64,000 nucleotides of DNA from a virus (IMGVR_UViG_3300044630_006441:32001-96000); one strand, 5' to 3'. Shown: positions 44,633 through 54,196, numbered from the stretch's first letter. A program made the numbers and translations. The notes: generated from the sequence alone by a model not told the origin.

Positions 44633-44986
44633 ATGGATTTTTCCACCCTGATCAGCAAGCTCTTTGAAGCCCGCCAAGTCGCCCACAATGCCCATTTGGC
44701 CACCCGTTCCTACGCGGCCCACAAGGCGCTGAACGAGTTTTATGACGGCATCCTGGAAATTGCTGATGAGCTGGCCGAGGTCATCCAGGGGGAGTTTGGT
44801 TTATTGAACCTAAACATCCAGCCTGTTCCAGCCAATGTTGACTTCGCAGCTTACCTGAAAGAGCTGTGCGCCATGCTCAAGGCATCCGGCCAGATGATCC
44901 CGGGGGTTCAGACCTATCACATGAACATCATCGATAACGCTTTGGCTCTGAGCTACAAGACCCTTTACCTGTTGACGCTGTCCTAA
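44633..44986 (+). CDS. Ferritin/Dps-like four-helix protein (DUF5856-like)
   Basis: AHNAHLATRSYAAHKALNEFYD.I.E.AD.LAE..QG...TLYLLTL. Confidence 0.75.
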   Translation: MDFSTLISKLFEARQVAHNAHLATRSYAAHKALNEFYDGILEIADELAEVIQGEFGLLNLNIQPVPANVDFAAYLKELCAMLKASGQMIPGVQTYHMNIIDNALALSYKTLYLLTLS

Positions 44987-45080
44987 TATCCCGGGACGCC
45001 TCTGGCCGCAAGGCTATGCGGAACCTTTCCGACCGAATTAACGGTATCGCCTGAGGGACGCCTCAGGAATCGGGTGCAAA

Positions 45081-45281
45081 ATGAGTTTAGTTGAAGGAAG
45101 AGATTATTATTTGGAAAACGGAAGTTGTGTCCTGACAAGGACTTACCTTCTTTCACGAGGAAAATGTTGTCATGGCGGGTGCCGCCACTGCCCTTATGTG
45201 GTCAATATGGGTAGGAGGACTTCGGATGAGCCAGATTGTGTGCTTCGTGAAGGCGGCGAAAAGACCATCGACCCGGTTTGA
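45081..45281 (+). CDS. DUF5522-like Cys-rich protein
   Basis: DYYLENG..VLT..YLL.RG.CC..GCRHCPY. Confidence 0.75.
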   Translation: MSLVEGRDYYLENGSCVLTRTYLLSRGKCCHGGCRHCPYVVNMGRRTSDEPDCVLREGGEKTIDPV

Positions 45282-45492
45282 TACCGCCACCGAGAGTTTG
45301 GTTTATTCTTTGATGCCAGAGGCGCCTGTCTCAGCCCAACAAATGGCCGAGATTGTACTGTCCTGGGTCAAGGTTCATCCGGACGACGGCCCCATCCATG
45401 GCGGGGCTAAAGAGATCAATCTGGCCATGGAAAATCTGCTCCTTCGGGGGTGGATTCAGACATCTATTTTGAGGGCTGCCGTAGCTGTCTAA
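45226..45492 (+). CDS. Hypothetical protein
   Basis: AGGAGG RBS. Confidence 0.55.
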   Translation: MSQIVCFVKAAKRPSTRFDTATESLVYSLMPEAPVSAQQMAEIVLSWVKVHPDDGPIHGGAKEINLAMENLLLRGWIQTSILRAAVAV

Positions 45493-45546
45493 CGGTGTAT
45501 TGCTGGATAGGTATTCTTCCTATCTGGCGACGCTGGAGGTACGGCC

Positions 45547-45843
45547 ATGGATACACAGACCGCTCTGCAAATCCTTGAACGATTTGGCCTGCCAATCTTT
45601 CTCCTCTGTGTTTGTGGCTTTGCTTTATACAAGGCCGGGATATGGACGGCGAATAAGATCTTTGTTCCGGTCGCCGAGCGCCATATCAAATTCTTGGACG
45701 ATGTCAGCTGTGCGGTGGACAAGATCGCCATCAACCAGGAAAACCTGGTTCGGAACATGAACGATCTGACCACCCATGTCAAAAGCCACAGCCGCCGCAT
45801 GTCCACCCTGGAAAAGGTCACCGAAGAAAGCACTATCAACTAA
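45547..45843 (+). CDS. Holin-like single-TM protein
   Basis: ILERFGLPIFLLCVCGFALY followed by coiled C-terminus. Confidence 0.5.
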   Translation: MDTQTALQILERFGLPIFLLCVCGFALYKAGIWTANKIFVPVAERHIKFLDDVSCAVDKIAINQENLVRNMNDLTTHVKSHSRRMSTLEKVTEESTIN

Positions 45844-45854
45844 GGGGGTGACCC

Positions 45855-46028
45855 GTGTGTGCCGTTTACGAGGTGCATGGGACTCCACCGGAGAAAAAGC
45901 GATCCGTCCGTCTTGCCACATTCCCTGATCGTGGTATCAATTGGCAGAAGGCCTGGAAGAAAGCCCAGGAATTCATGGATGACGGATATCGCAATGTCCG
46001 AGTTATCGAAGTCCCAAGCAACCAATAA
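45855..46028 (+). CDS. Hypothetical protein, 57 aa
   Basis: GTG start after GGGGG RBS; MCAVYEVHG...VRVIEVPSNQ; followed by terminator. Confidence 0.5.
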   Translation: MCAVYEVHGTPPEKKRSVRLATFPDRGINWQKAWKKAQEFMDDGYRNVRVIEVPSNQ

Positions 46029-46055
46029 TTGATCGTTTGTAATATCGGACCTATC

Positions 46056-46091
46056 ATCCTGTTAGGAATTGATTCCTGACAGGATTTTTTT
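46056..46091 (+). terminator. Rho-independent terminator
   Basis: ATCCTGTTAGGAAT/ATTCCTGACAGGAT plus T-run. Confidence 0.8.
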
Positions 46092-46808
46092 GTGATTTAC
46101 CCAAAAATCAGTTGTTTGTGCCCCACCTATGGCCGACCGCACGCCCTGGAAGAGGCCATCCACTCGTTCCTCATACAGGATTATCCTGGCGAGAAAGAGT
46201 TAGTAATCCTTAATGATCTTCCGGACCAACAACTCCACTTCAAGCATTCGCAAGTCAAGATAGTCAATCTTCCCAACCGAATCACCAACCTGGGTGAGAA
46301 GTTCAACCTGACGGCGCTGGAGGCTACCGGCGATGTTTTTGCCGTTTGGGATGATGACGATATTTTCCTGCCCCATCGCCTGACCTACTCGTTCGAGAGG
46401 ATGTGGCGGGGTTTGTTTCACACCGGGCTTGGTTTCTACGAAGTCGGCCCCCAGCAAATCGAGTACGCCCAGAACCTCTTCCATTCCTGCCTAATGCTCA
46501 CCAAGAAAGCCTTCTGGGACATTGGCGGGTATCGGCGGGTGGACTGGTGCGGGGCAGACACCCTGCTCTTCCAGGACCTGATCGCCCGATACGGCGAGTT
46601 CTCCAAGACAATCCCCGACCAAGACCGCTTCTACATCTACCGCTGGTCTACGGTCCAGTCTTATCACGTTAGTGGATGGTCTTCCGAAAAGGTCTCTTCG
46701 CTGGTCGAGGACTTTGTCAAAGACCGCATCCAGTCTGGACAGCTTCAGTCCGGCGTGGTTGAGCTTCGCCCCTACTGGTCGTATGACTATCCGGAGTTTC
46801 TCCCTTGA
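46092..46808 (+). CDS. Glycosyltransferase family 2
   Basis: ISCLCPTYGR...ELVILND...WDDDD..LPHRL. Confidence 0.88.
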   Translation: MIYPKISCLCPTYGRPHALEEAIHSFLIQDYPGEKELVILNDLPDQQLHFKHSQVKIVNLPNRITNLGEKFNLTALEATGDVFAVWDDDDIFLPHRLTYSFERMWRGLFHTGLGFYEVGPQQIEYAQNLFHSCLMLTKKAFWDIGGYRRVDWCGADTLLFQDLIARYGEFSKTIPDQDRFYIYRWSTVQSYHVSGWSSEKVSSLVEDFVKDRIQSGQLQSGVVELRPYWSYDYPEFLP

Positions 46809-47881
46809 TCAATGTCTGCACGCCGGTCAATGAGTTGGGCTACGGAACCGTTGGTCGCAATCTTGTAAAAGCCTTCATCGAAATTGGTGCAAAACCAGCC
46901 CTCTTCCCCATCGGCAATGCCGTGGTGTCGAACAGCGACCTTGAGGCCTTTGGCAAGGCCGTGGAGCGGGCGAAGTTCTACAACTCCAGGTCCCCGTCTT
47001 TCCGACTGTGGCACGCCTGGGATTTGGCTCAGCACCCAACCAAGGTCAAGCGTTCGGCTGCGACCTTCTTTGAGCTGGACAGCCTGAAGACCGAAGAGAT
47101 CTATCAGCTCACCCAGATGGATCATGTGTTTGCCTTCGGTGAATGGGCTGCCGATGTGATGCGCCGATCCGGCGTGACTTCCGACATCCAGACAATCCAC
47201 TGCGGCGTGGACCGCAAGATCTTCAGCGAACAGCCCCTCCCCCAGGATGGCCCGACCCGGTTCATCAATGCGGGCAAGTGGGAGCTTCGCAAAGGGCATG
47301 ATGTCCTGCTCCAGGCTTTCCTGCGCGCCTTCAAGCCGGACGACGATGTCGAACTAGTCATGCTGTGCGACAACCCGTTCCTGACACCGGAAGAGACCAA
47401 CGAATGGGTCAGGTACTACAAGGACACGCCGATGGGGAGCAAGATTCGCATCCCCATGAGATTGGAAACGCAGGACGGGGTAGCTGACCTTTTTGCGTCG
47501 ACGCATTGCGGGGTTTTCCCGAGTCGTGGGGAAGGCTGGAATCTGGAGGCCCTCGAACTGCTGTCGATGGGACGCCATGTCATTGCCACCGCCTGCACGG
47601 CACACCTTGACTACCTGAACAGCCAGAACTCCACCCTCATCCCGGTCGGTGTTTTGGAACCTGCCTACGACGGCAAATGGTTCACCGGGCAGGGGAAGTG
47701 GTACCAACTCAGGGAGCCTTCGATCATGGCCACCGCGGAAGCCATGCGGGCTGTCCACGAACAGCGTCGACAAGGAAAGCTGACCCTGAACGAAAACGGG
47801 ATCGAGACAGCCAAGCGGCTTTCGTGGGAAAGCGCCGCCAGGAAAATCTGTTCTGTTCTGGGAGTCGCCAATGCTCTGTGA
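46805..47881 (+). CDS. Glycosyltransferase family 4 (GT-B)
   Basis: GKWELRKGHDVLL.AF...FPSRGEGWNLEALE. Confidence 0.9.
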   Translation: MINVCTPVNELGYGTVGRNLVKAFIEIGAKPALFPIGNAVVSNSDLEAFGKAVERAKFYNSRSPSFRLWHAWDLAQHPTKVKRSAATFFELDSLKTEEIYQLTQMDHVFAFGEWAADVMRRSGVTSDIQTIHCGVDRKIFSEQPLPQDGPTRFINAGKWELRKGHDVLLQAFLRAFKPDDDVELVMLCDNPFLTPEETNEWVRYYKDTPMGSKIRIPMRLETQDGVADLFASTHCGVFPSRGEGWNLEALELLSMGRHVIATACTAHLDYLNSQNSTLIPVGVLEPAYDGKWFTGQGKWYQLREPSIMATAEAMRAVHEQRRQGKLTLNENGIETAKRLSWESAARKICSVLGVANAL

Positions 47882-48275
47882 CCTCAAGCTGGCCATCGCC
47901 CTAGCGTGCGTGCCGTTCGGGACGGGGAATGAGATCAAGTTCCTGGTCTCCAAGAAGCAGCCATGCGAGATGCCGACCTGCTCTGCTGTCCCCGGCGAAG
48001 ACATTCTCCAGACCGTTTCCGACCTCCTGCGCAAGCTGACCGGTGTCGGGGCCAGGATGGGGGACAAGGGCTGGGTGGAAATGCGGTTGGGTTCTATCGT
48101 CACAACCTCTGTTGATCCTTGGTCTATGTTGTTGATCTATGGCGGCATGGTTCCTGAAGAACTGCCTATTCGCGAGGAGGGTTACGAATGGAAAACGTGG
48201 ACAAGCCTGGGAAGGCAAGGCGCAGTCGATCCGCTGCACCTAAAAAACATGCTGCTGGCAGCCCAAAAGATTTGA
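47871..48275 (+). CDS. Hypothetical protein
   Basis: Operon context. Confidence 0.55.
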   Translation: MLCDLKLAIALACVPFGTGNEIKFLVSKKQPCEMPTCSAVPGEDILQTVSDLLRKLTGVGARMGDKGWVEMRLGSIVTTSVDPWSMLLIYGGMVPEELPIREEGYEWKTWTSLGRQGAVDPLHLKNMLLAAQKI

Positions 48276-48601
48276 AGGAGTTGCACATCAAAGTGCATTT
48301 CATGCTGGATGGTGACGACATCCGCTGCACCATGGATGTCCCCGAGCCGGAGACGACATCAGAAGCTGTCGACAACGCGGAAAAGCTGGGCACGCTACTC
48401 GCCCTGATCCAGACCGGAAAGATTATTACGGTCGTGAACTTCGCCCTGGCCCGCTGCGGACTGGTCAATGACCGGGTTGCCGAGTTTGAGTACGCCATGA
48501 AGGCCATGCACGTCGGCATGTCGCTTGGCCTACCCGACGACAGCAAGAGTGTCCCGGTCGTCAGCCCCACCGAAGCGTTTCTCTTCAAGAAGGAAGTCTG
48601 A
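48188..48601 (+). CDS. Hypothetical protein
   Basis: GAGGAGG RBS; ends in PVVSPTEAF. Confidence 0.6.
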   Translation: MENVDKPGKARRSRSAAPKKHAAGSPKDLKELHIKVHFMLDGDDIRCTMDVPEPETTSEAVDNAEKLGTLLALIQTGKIITVVNFALARCGLVNDRVAEFEYAMKAMHVGMSLGLPDDSKSVPVVSPTEAFLFKKEV

Positions 48602-48602
48602 C

Positions 48603-49397
48603 ATGTCAGCAAGGATTATCGCCGATTCCATCAACCCGGCGGGCAACCGGATCACCACGCTGGTGGTTCGTTTCCCGAGGTTCATCCTGGCCGAATGGAA
48701 TACCCATCGGCAATTCTCCAGGAATGCGGCTTCGAGCAGGGCGATCCCGACCACCAAGATCATCGATCAAGTCCAGAACGACCCGGCGATGCCGGTCCAT
48801 TGGGGCAAGAACCAGCCTGGCATGAAGGCCCGTTCCGAGCTTTCCCCCTCCGATCAGCCGGTTGCCGAAGCCATCTGGTTGCAGGCTCGAGATCAGGCAG
48901 TCTTCAAGGTTCAGGAGATGCTTTCCCTTGGCGTCCACAAGCAGATTGTCAACAGGATGCTGGAACCGTGGATGAAGGTCAGCGTGCTGGTCACCGCCAC
49001 CGAGTGGGATAACTTCTTCAAGCTGCGCTGCCACCCGGACGCCCAGCCTGAGATGCAACATCTTGCCATGGAGATCAAGGAGGCTTTCCAAAACAGCACT
49101 CCGGTGGTGCTGAATCCGGGGGAGTGGCATACGCCCTTCGGGGATCGCTGCGAGGGCCTGACCAACGAAGAGCGGCTCAAGGTTGCCACCGCCCGCGCCG
49201 CCCGTCTTTCCTACGAGACCTTCGATGGGCAGATCGATGTCCAGAAGGATTTCGCCCTCCACGACGATCTAGCCAAGTCGGGACACTGGTCACCCTTTGA
49301 GCACTCAGCCGTCGCCCTGATGGGGGATGTGTGCGTCGGTAATTTCCGTGGCTGGAAACAGTATCGAAAGTTCTTCGCTGGAGAAGACGGCAAATGA
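48603..49397 (+). CDS. thyX: FAD-dependent thymidylate synthase
   Basis: PRFILAEWNTHRQFSRNAASSRAIP; NFFKLRCHPDAQPEM; HWSPFEH. Confidence 0.92.
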   Translation: MSARIIADSINPAGNRITTLVVRFPRFILAEWNTHRQFSRNAASSRAIPTTKIIDQVQNDPAMPVHWGKNQPGMKARSELSPSDQPVAEAIWLQARDQAVFKVQEMLSLGVHKQIVNRMLEPWMKVSVLVTATEWDNFFKLRCHPDAQPEMQHLAMEIKEAFQNSTPVVLNPGEWHTPFGDRCEGLTNEERLKVATARAARLSYETFDGQIDVQKDFALHDDLAKSGHWSPFEHSAVALMGDVCVGNFRGWKQYRKFFAGEDGK

Positions 49398-50014
49398 AGA
49401 AGAAAATCCAATGGCTGAAATGGGTTGACCCATTGCGCTGGCAGGACACGAAAGACCCGGAGCTTTCCGGCGAGCAGTCCACAACGGATTCTTTTTCCGA
49501 AGATGACGACCAGGAGTCGGCCCGTCATGTCCGCATGATATCCGGGCCATATGGCCTTGTTCCCGTTGGCGAGCACGGCTTGTCCAGCAAGCTGTACAAA
49601 CTCTGGGTTGCCCACACCAATTTTGACATCACCGAGTCCGTGGTCGAGACGGTCGAGGAAATACCCGGCGTTGAGATCCTCAGGGTCTGGACGCGGTACC
49701 GCATGTGGATTGGCATCGCCAACCTGTTTGATACGACCGAGGTGCAAAAGGCGATTGACTATGCCCTGTGCGGGGAACCGGAACCTCCCCCTCCCCGCTC
49801 GATCAGCAAGAAACAGGATGCTGCCGTCAACATCCTCATCAAAAGACTCCAGAAGGAACACGAGAATGAAGCTTGGGCTGTTTGTCGACTACCAGATGGG
49901 ACTCTTTGGGCTGGTACTGGAGCCGACTCCGAGACAGTCATCAAGACCATTACAGATGAAGGACTCGCCGACAACATCATCGCGTCCAGCTGGGAGAAAA
50001 GTGGTCGTGCGTGA
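49394..50014 (+). CDS. Conserved phage hypothetical protein
   Basis: WVAHTNFDIT...GVEIL.V.TRYR..IGI..LF. Confidence 0.72.
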   Translation: MKKKIQWLKWVDPLRWQDTKDPELSGEQSTTDSFSEDDDQESARHVRMISGPYGLVPVGEHGLSSKLYKLWVAHTNFDITESVVETVEEIPGVEILRVWTRYRMWIGIANLFDTTEVQKAIDYALCGEPEPPPPRSISKKQDAAVNILIKRLQKEHENEAWAVCRLPDGTLWAGTGADSETVIKTITDEGLADNIIASSWEKSGRA

Positions 50015-50522
50015 AGTCACCGATCAACAGATTAGGGACGCCCTGAATGTTGAGGACAACCGCAACATCATGCGGAAGGTGACCTCCAAGTATGCGGCCC
50101 TGATCAATGCCGACGACCTGTACACTTGCAGCCTGTACGCCCTCTGGCGGACCCTGCAATGCCACGATCCCAGCTACAACCAGAAGTTCACGACCAGCCT
50201 GTTCCGCTTCTGCGAGTGGGAATGCCAGCGTGAGCTTCGGAAAAAGCGCACCAAGGTGCTGTCCATGACCGTCCCACTTGAGCAGGCATCCCAGTCCGAG
50301 ATTGGCGAGGAGACCCTTCCATCTGTCGACGACGAGTGGATACGGGAGGCCATCAATCAACTGGACGAGGAGGATCGTGAGATTGTCCAGTTCTATTTCA
50401 TTGAAAACCACAGCCTCCGAGAAGTCTCAGCCAAGTTTGGCCTGTCGAAACAGGCTGCCCGCAAACGCAAGGCTGAGGCGATGCAAAAATTGAAAGAACG
50501 ACTCGAGTCCTGTTCTGGTTAG
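50001..50522 (+). CDS. Sigma70-family factor, paralog of 41823-42356
   Basis: ALWRTLQCHDPSYNQKFTTSLFRF; LDEEDREIV...SLREVSAKFGLSKQAARKR...AMQKLK; shared VREVT start. Confidence 0.88.
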   Translation: MVVREVTDQQIRDALNVEDNRNIMRKVTSKYAALINADDLYTCSLYALWRTLQCHDPSYNQKFTTSLFRFCEWECQRELRKKRTKVLSMTVPLEQASQSEIGEETLPSVDDEWIREAINQLDEEDREIVQFYFIENHSLREVSAKFGLSKQAARKRKAEAMQKLKERLESCSG

Positions 50523-50562
50523 TATCAGTAGCCCAACGGTATGTCTTAAGCAGGAGAGCGAT

Positions 50563-50820
50563 ATGGCCACCAATGTAGAGCAAGTCAAGCGTTATGTCGA
50601 AATCGTCGTGAGCGCAGCCGCCTGGATTCAGAAGATGATCCCCGGCCAGGCTGACGACAAGGCCATCGAGGCTTTGGCCAAGCTGGCCAGCCAGCCTTGG
50701 TTTGCCGAATTCGCCACCTACATCCTGAACCTTTTCGAGGACGGCAAAGAGCCTTCCTTGGCCGAGCTGAACCTCGCCCTGACCCAATTCGTCCCCACCA
50801 AGATTGGCCCCGTTAACTGA
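50563..50820 (+). CDS. Small amphipathic protein, holin-like candidate
   Basis: AGGAG RBS; IPGQADDKAIE motif. Confidence 0.5.
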   Translation: MATNVEQVKRYVEIVVSAAAWIQKMIPGQADDKAIEALAKLASQPWFAEFATYILNLFEDGKEPSLAELNLALTQFVPTKIGPVN

Positions 50821-50828
50821 GGTGCTTT

Positions 50829-51647
50829 GTGCGTAAGGCTTTTTTTGCCCTGTCCTTTGTCCTGTCCTTTGCGCTGGGTGCTTCGGCGCAGGATAAGTAT
50901 CCGCTGCCCAAACAGTCGATTGTCGGGGCGGAAAAGCCTATCCCCCTCGGTGAACTGGTTGACCTGGGCCTGTCACCCATCGAGAACAAGCCAGCCAATC
51001 TTGTTGCCTCCGCCGTCGACTGGAAAGTGTTTGAGGGCAATGTCCCCAAGCGCGTCCGTCCGACTGGGGATGGGATCTTCTTTGGCGCAGGCGTTCAGCC
51101 TAAAAAATTACTTGTCATTGCCTCCGTCAGTTACCTATATGTGACTAAGGAAGGCGACAAGATCACAGATGCTCAGACTAGGATTCAGGTCCTAACCACT
51201 GAGTTGCAGATTGGCCAGTCCGAACCGATCCCGGGTCCAACTCCCACACCCACCCCAGGCCCGGGACCCGCTCCGACCCCCACCCCCACCCCAACGCTGC
51301 CGGACGGGCGGTTCGGGCTGGCCAAGACCTCCTTCCTGCTGGCGACCTCCAAGGTGGCTGCTCCCAGAGAAAAAGCCGCCCTCGCCATCTCCGAGGCTTT
51401 TGAGTCCATCGCCTCTTCGGTCGCAGCCGGAGCCTACAAGACCGGCGACGCCATCCTGAAAGCAACCAAAGACGCCAACAACTCCGCTCTGGCTTCAGCG
51501 AACCTCAGCCCGGAACCCTGGGAAGAGTTCGGCACCGAGCTTCAGAAGGTCCTGTACGAGATGTACAAGACCAAGAAGATCACGACTGCTGAAGACTACG
51601 CGGACGCATGGCGGGAAATCGCAACCGGTCTGAAGGCGGTGAAATAA
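50829..51647 (+). CDS. Secreted protein with Pro/Thr linker
   Basis: Signal peptide; PGPTPTPTPGPGPAPTPTPTPT linker; helical C-terminal domain. Confidence 0.78.
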   Translation: MRKAFFALSFVLSFALGASAQDKYPLPKQSIVGAEKPIPLGELVDLGLSPIENKPANLVASAVDWKVFEGNVPKRVRPTGDGIFFGAGVQPKKLLVIASVSYLYVTKEGDKITDAQTRIQVLTTELQIGQSEPIPGPTPTPTPGPGPAPTPTPTPTLPDGRFGLAKTSFLLATSKVAAPREKAALAISEAFESIASSVAAGAYKTGDAILKATKDANNSALASANLSPEPWEEFGTELQKVLYEMYKTKKITTAEDYADAWREIATGLKAVK

Positions 51648-51648
51648 C

Positions 51649-52584
51649 ATGAATACTGAGATTATCGACGCTTACCGTAGCGGTAAAGAATCTGGCTGGC
51701 CAGGCGCTGAACAAGCTGCCGTCGGCTACCAGATGGTGAAGGATGACTACAACTTCGTCGATTTCCAGATCGTCGGAGCGGTTGGCGCCCCGCCCAAGTT
51801 CTCCGAGAATTACCGGGTGGCCCGCAAGGTTCTTGGCCGGGATATCGGCGGGAAACTGAGCGTGCAACTCATCGGAGACTGCGTGTCCTGGGGGATGAAG
51901 CACGCCATTGAGTATCTCTCCTGCGTGGACATCCTCATGCGGAAAGACGCTGAGGAGTTCCATCCTGTATTTGCCCCGTACATCTACGGCATTAGCCGCG
52001 TGCAAATCGGTGGCGGCAGGATCGGCGGGGATGGCAGCATCGGCTCGTGGGCAGCTGCCGGTGTGATGAAGTACGGCACCATCTTCGCCAACAAGGATGA
52101 GTGTCCCCCCTACGGCAAAGACATTGCGCGCAGGTGGGGCAGCAAGGGGCCGGACGCCAAGTTCATCGAGGTGGGCAAGAAATATCTTGTCCAGTCCGCC
52201 GCCAAGGTGAAAAGCTGGGACGAGTTGATTGCGGGTCTGGCCAACGGCTATTCCTGCACGGTCGCCAGCGACCAGGGCTTCGACATGACGCCCGGGGCGG
52301 ACGGCTACCACGACCCCAGCGGCTCCTGGGCGCACCAGATGTGCATCTATGACTACTGCCTGCTGGATCAGGAGCATGTCTACATTGCCAATTCGTGGGG
52401 CGATTCCCACGGCGTGGTCAAGAATCCGGGCACGGGCGAGGAAATGCCGCGTGGCACGCTGAAGGTCAAGCGCAAGATCATCGAGCGCATGATCGGGCAG
52501 GGGGACACCTTCCTGGTGTCTCAGTTCAACGGCTTCCCCGCCCAGGACATCCCCGCAGCCCTGTTCGATCTGGTAGGCAAATGA
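51649..52584 (+). CDS. Papain-like (C1) cysteine peptidase
   Basis: QLIGDCVSWG (Q/C), WAHQM (H), IANSWG (N). Confidence 0.85.
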   Translation: MNTEIIDAYRSGKESGWPGAEQAAVGYQMVKDDYNFVDFQIVGAVGAPPKFSENYRVARKVLGRDIGGKLSVQLIGDCVSWGMKHAIEYLSCVDILMRKDAEEFHPVFAPYIYGISRVQIGGGRIGGDGSIGSWAAAGVMKYGTIFANKDECPPYGKDIARRWGSKGPDAKFIEVGKKYLVQSAAKVKSWDELIAGLANGYSCTVASDQGFDMTPGADGYHDPSGSWAHQMCIYDYCLLDQEHVYIANSWGDSHGVVKNPGTGEEMPRGTLKVKRKIIERMIGQGDTFLVSQFNGFPAQDIPAALFDLVGK

Positions 52585-52808
52585 AATCCATCGCCCTGAG
52601 CATGTTTCTGGTGGGAACAGCACAGCCCGCCGAGACTTTCAATGTGATTCCTTCTGCCGACTGGATTGCCTCCTACGGTTCGGCCCTGGCCCAGGACCCC
52701 GCCAATCTTGAGCATTGGTGGTGGGACGACAGACTGAAGTGCTGGTGGCGACGCGGACCCAAGAGACCCATCGATGAGCGATTTTCAGCGAGACGAACCG
52801 GCCATTGA
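52581..52808 (+). CDS. Hypothetical protein with signal-like N-terminus
   Basis: ATGA overlap; MKSIALSMFLVG. Confidence 0.5.
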   Translation: MKSIALSMFLVGTAQPAETFNVIPSADWIASYGSALAQDPANLEHWWWDDRLKCWWRRGPKRPIDERFSARRTGH

Positions 52809-53121
52809 ACCCGTAAAGAGCGGCCAGTACCCCGTCCTTCAGGGGTATCTGGAACAAAATCTGGTCGGTTTTGATCCGTTTACGATCCTGATGATCATTT
52901 CAATCGGGATTCAGGCCCTGCGCCTGCTGTGGGAGTGCAAAAAAGCCCGTTCCGCCCTCCAGGCGTTGGCCCGCAGTAACGGCCCAGCCACCCGGATGTA
53001 TGTCCACCATAAGGTGTATAAGCAGTTGATCCGGGCCGGATTTGAAGAAGAAAAGGCGCACGCAGCGTCGCAGGCCCTCCGACTAGCATTTGCCGAGGGG
53101 CGGTTCGACGATGGCGGATGA
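52774..53121 (+). CDS. Membrane protein
   Basis: GFDPFTILMIISIGIQALRLLWEC. Confidence 0.68.
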   Translation: MSDFQRDEPAIEPVKSGQYPVLQGYLEQNLVGFDPFTILMIISIGIQALRLLWECKKARSALQALARSNGPATRMYVHHKVYKQLIRAGFEEEKAHAASQALRLAFAEGRFDDGG

Positions 53122-54196
53122 TTTTCGACGATTTGGTGGGTCTGCATCGACCTTAAAAGTGACGGTCGATGCGACCTCCACATCAATATTCGTCGAACCA
53201 TCTATCAGTTTTCCATCAAATCCGCCCTTTGACATCGTTATCGATTCCGAAATCATTACCGTCCGCACAATAGCATATAGCTCTTTATATCAAGCAACTT
53301 GGCTGATTGTTTCTCGCGGCCAAGAATCTACTGTGGCGACCAAACACCTCAAGGGTCGTCCGGTAACTCCGGTTCTCACCAAAAAAGCCTTTCTGAATGT
53401 GGTCGACGACAAGGGATCTGCCTCTGCCCGTCCCGTTCCGGCCACCTCTATCACCGTAAAACCTGTTGAAGGCAACGGGATTTTCCTGATAGACCCCATG
53501 ACCAACGACTGGCGGCGATTCCAGGCGGAAGAAGATGTTTTGCCGCCCGTCTTAAGTGATGGGGAATACGCAGACATATATGCCTACTGGAACGAGACCG
53601 CCCAAGAAACTCGCTATTTTATGACGGTTTGGTCGAGTTCCATGCCCAGGCTGGTCACGACCCTCAGGGATGGGGTGTCCGTGAGGGCGGACACCTTCAG
53701 CATCACCCCAAGGCGCTACATCGGCACGGTTCAGCGGCAGGGAAGTCTGTACACGCCGACAGCAAACCGGGTCAATCTGGCGACAGCCAACAATCCAACG
53801 GCCCGCCACGAAGGGTTCAAGGTTGTGCGGCTTAATCCAACCGTAACCGGCGTGACCCTGCATGGTCTACAGTCGGCCCGCGACGGCAAGACGGTAGTCC
53901 TGAGCAATATCTCTTCCACGCAGGCAGTCCTGCTGAAGCACTTCTCCTCGTCGGCGTTGACCAACGAGAAGCTCATACTCCCAAGCGGTGGAGATTTGAC
54001 CATACCGCCCGGGGGTGGGGTGGTGTGTGTTTACGATGTTGTGACTAGAGCCTGGCGAATCGTCAATAACTGCTTTATCCGTCCTCCCCGAGGCAACGAC
54101 CCTGATCTGGTCATGAATGCCCTAGAAGATGGCCTGGGTAATCTGCTGGCTTATTCCGACGGTTCAGCCGATCTGATTCTTTATCAAGGAAATTAA
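53111..54196 (+). CDS. Virion tail/fibre-associated protein, paralog of the N-terminus of the next gene
   Basis: IDSEII.V...VSRGQESTVA..H..G motif typical of phage tail proteins. Confidence 0.62.
   Translation: MADDFRRFGGSASTLKVTVDATSTSIFVEPSISFPSNPPFDIVIDSEIITVRTIAYSSLYQATWLIVSRGQESTVATKHLKGRPVTPVLTKKAFLNVVDDKGSASARPVPATSITVKPVEGNGIFLIDPMTNDWRRFQAEEDVLPPVLSDGEYADIYAYWNETAQETRYFMTVWSSSMPRLVTTLRDGVSVRADTFSITPRRYIGTVQRQGSLYTPTANRVNLATANNPTARHEGFKVVRLNPTVTGVTLHGLQSARDGKTVVLSNISSTQAVLLKHFSSSALTNEKLILPSGGDLTIPPGGGVVCVYDVVTRAWRIVNNCFIRPPRGNDPDLVMNALEDGLGNLLAYSDGSADLILYQGN

Noticed and set aside
49551-50000. N-terminal extension of the 323-aa sigma ORF
   Set aside because: Overlaps the credible 49394-50014 gene; RBS plus GTG at 50001 matches the paralog's VREVT start
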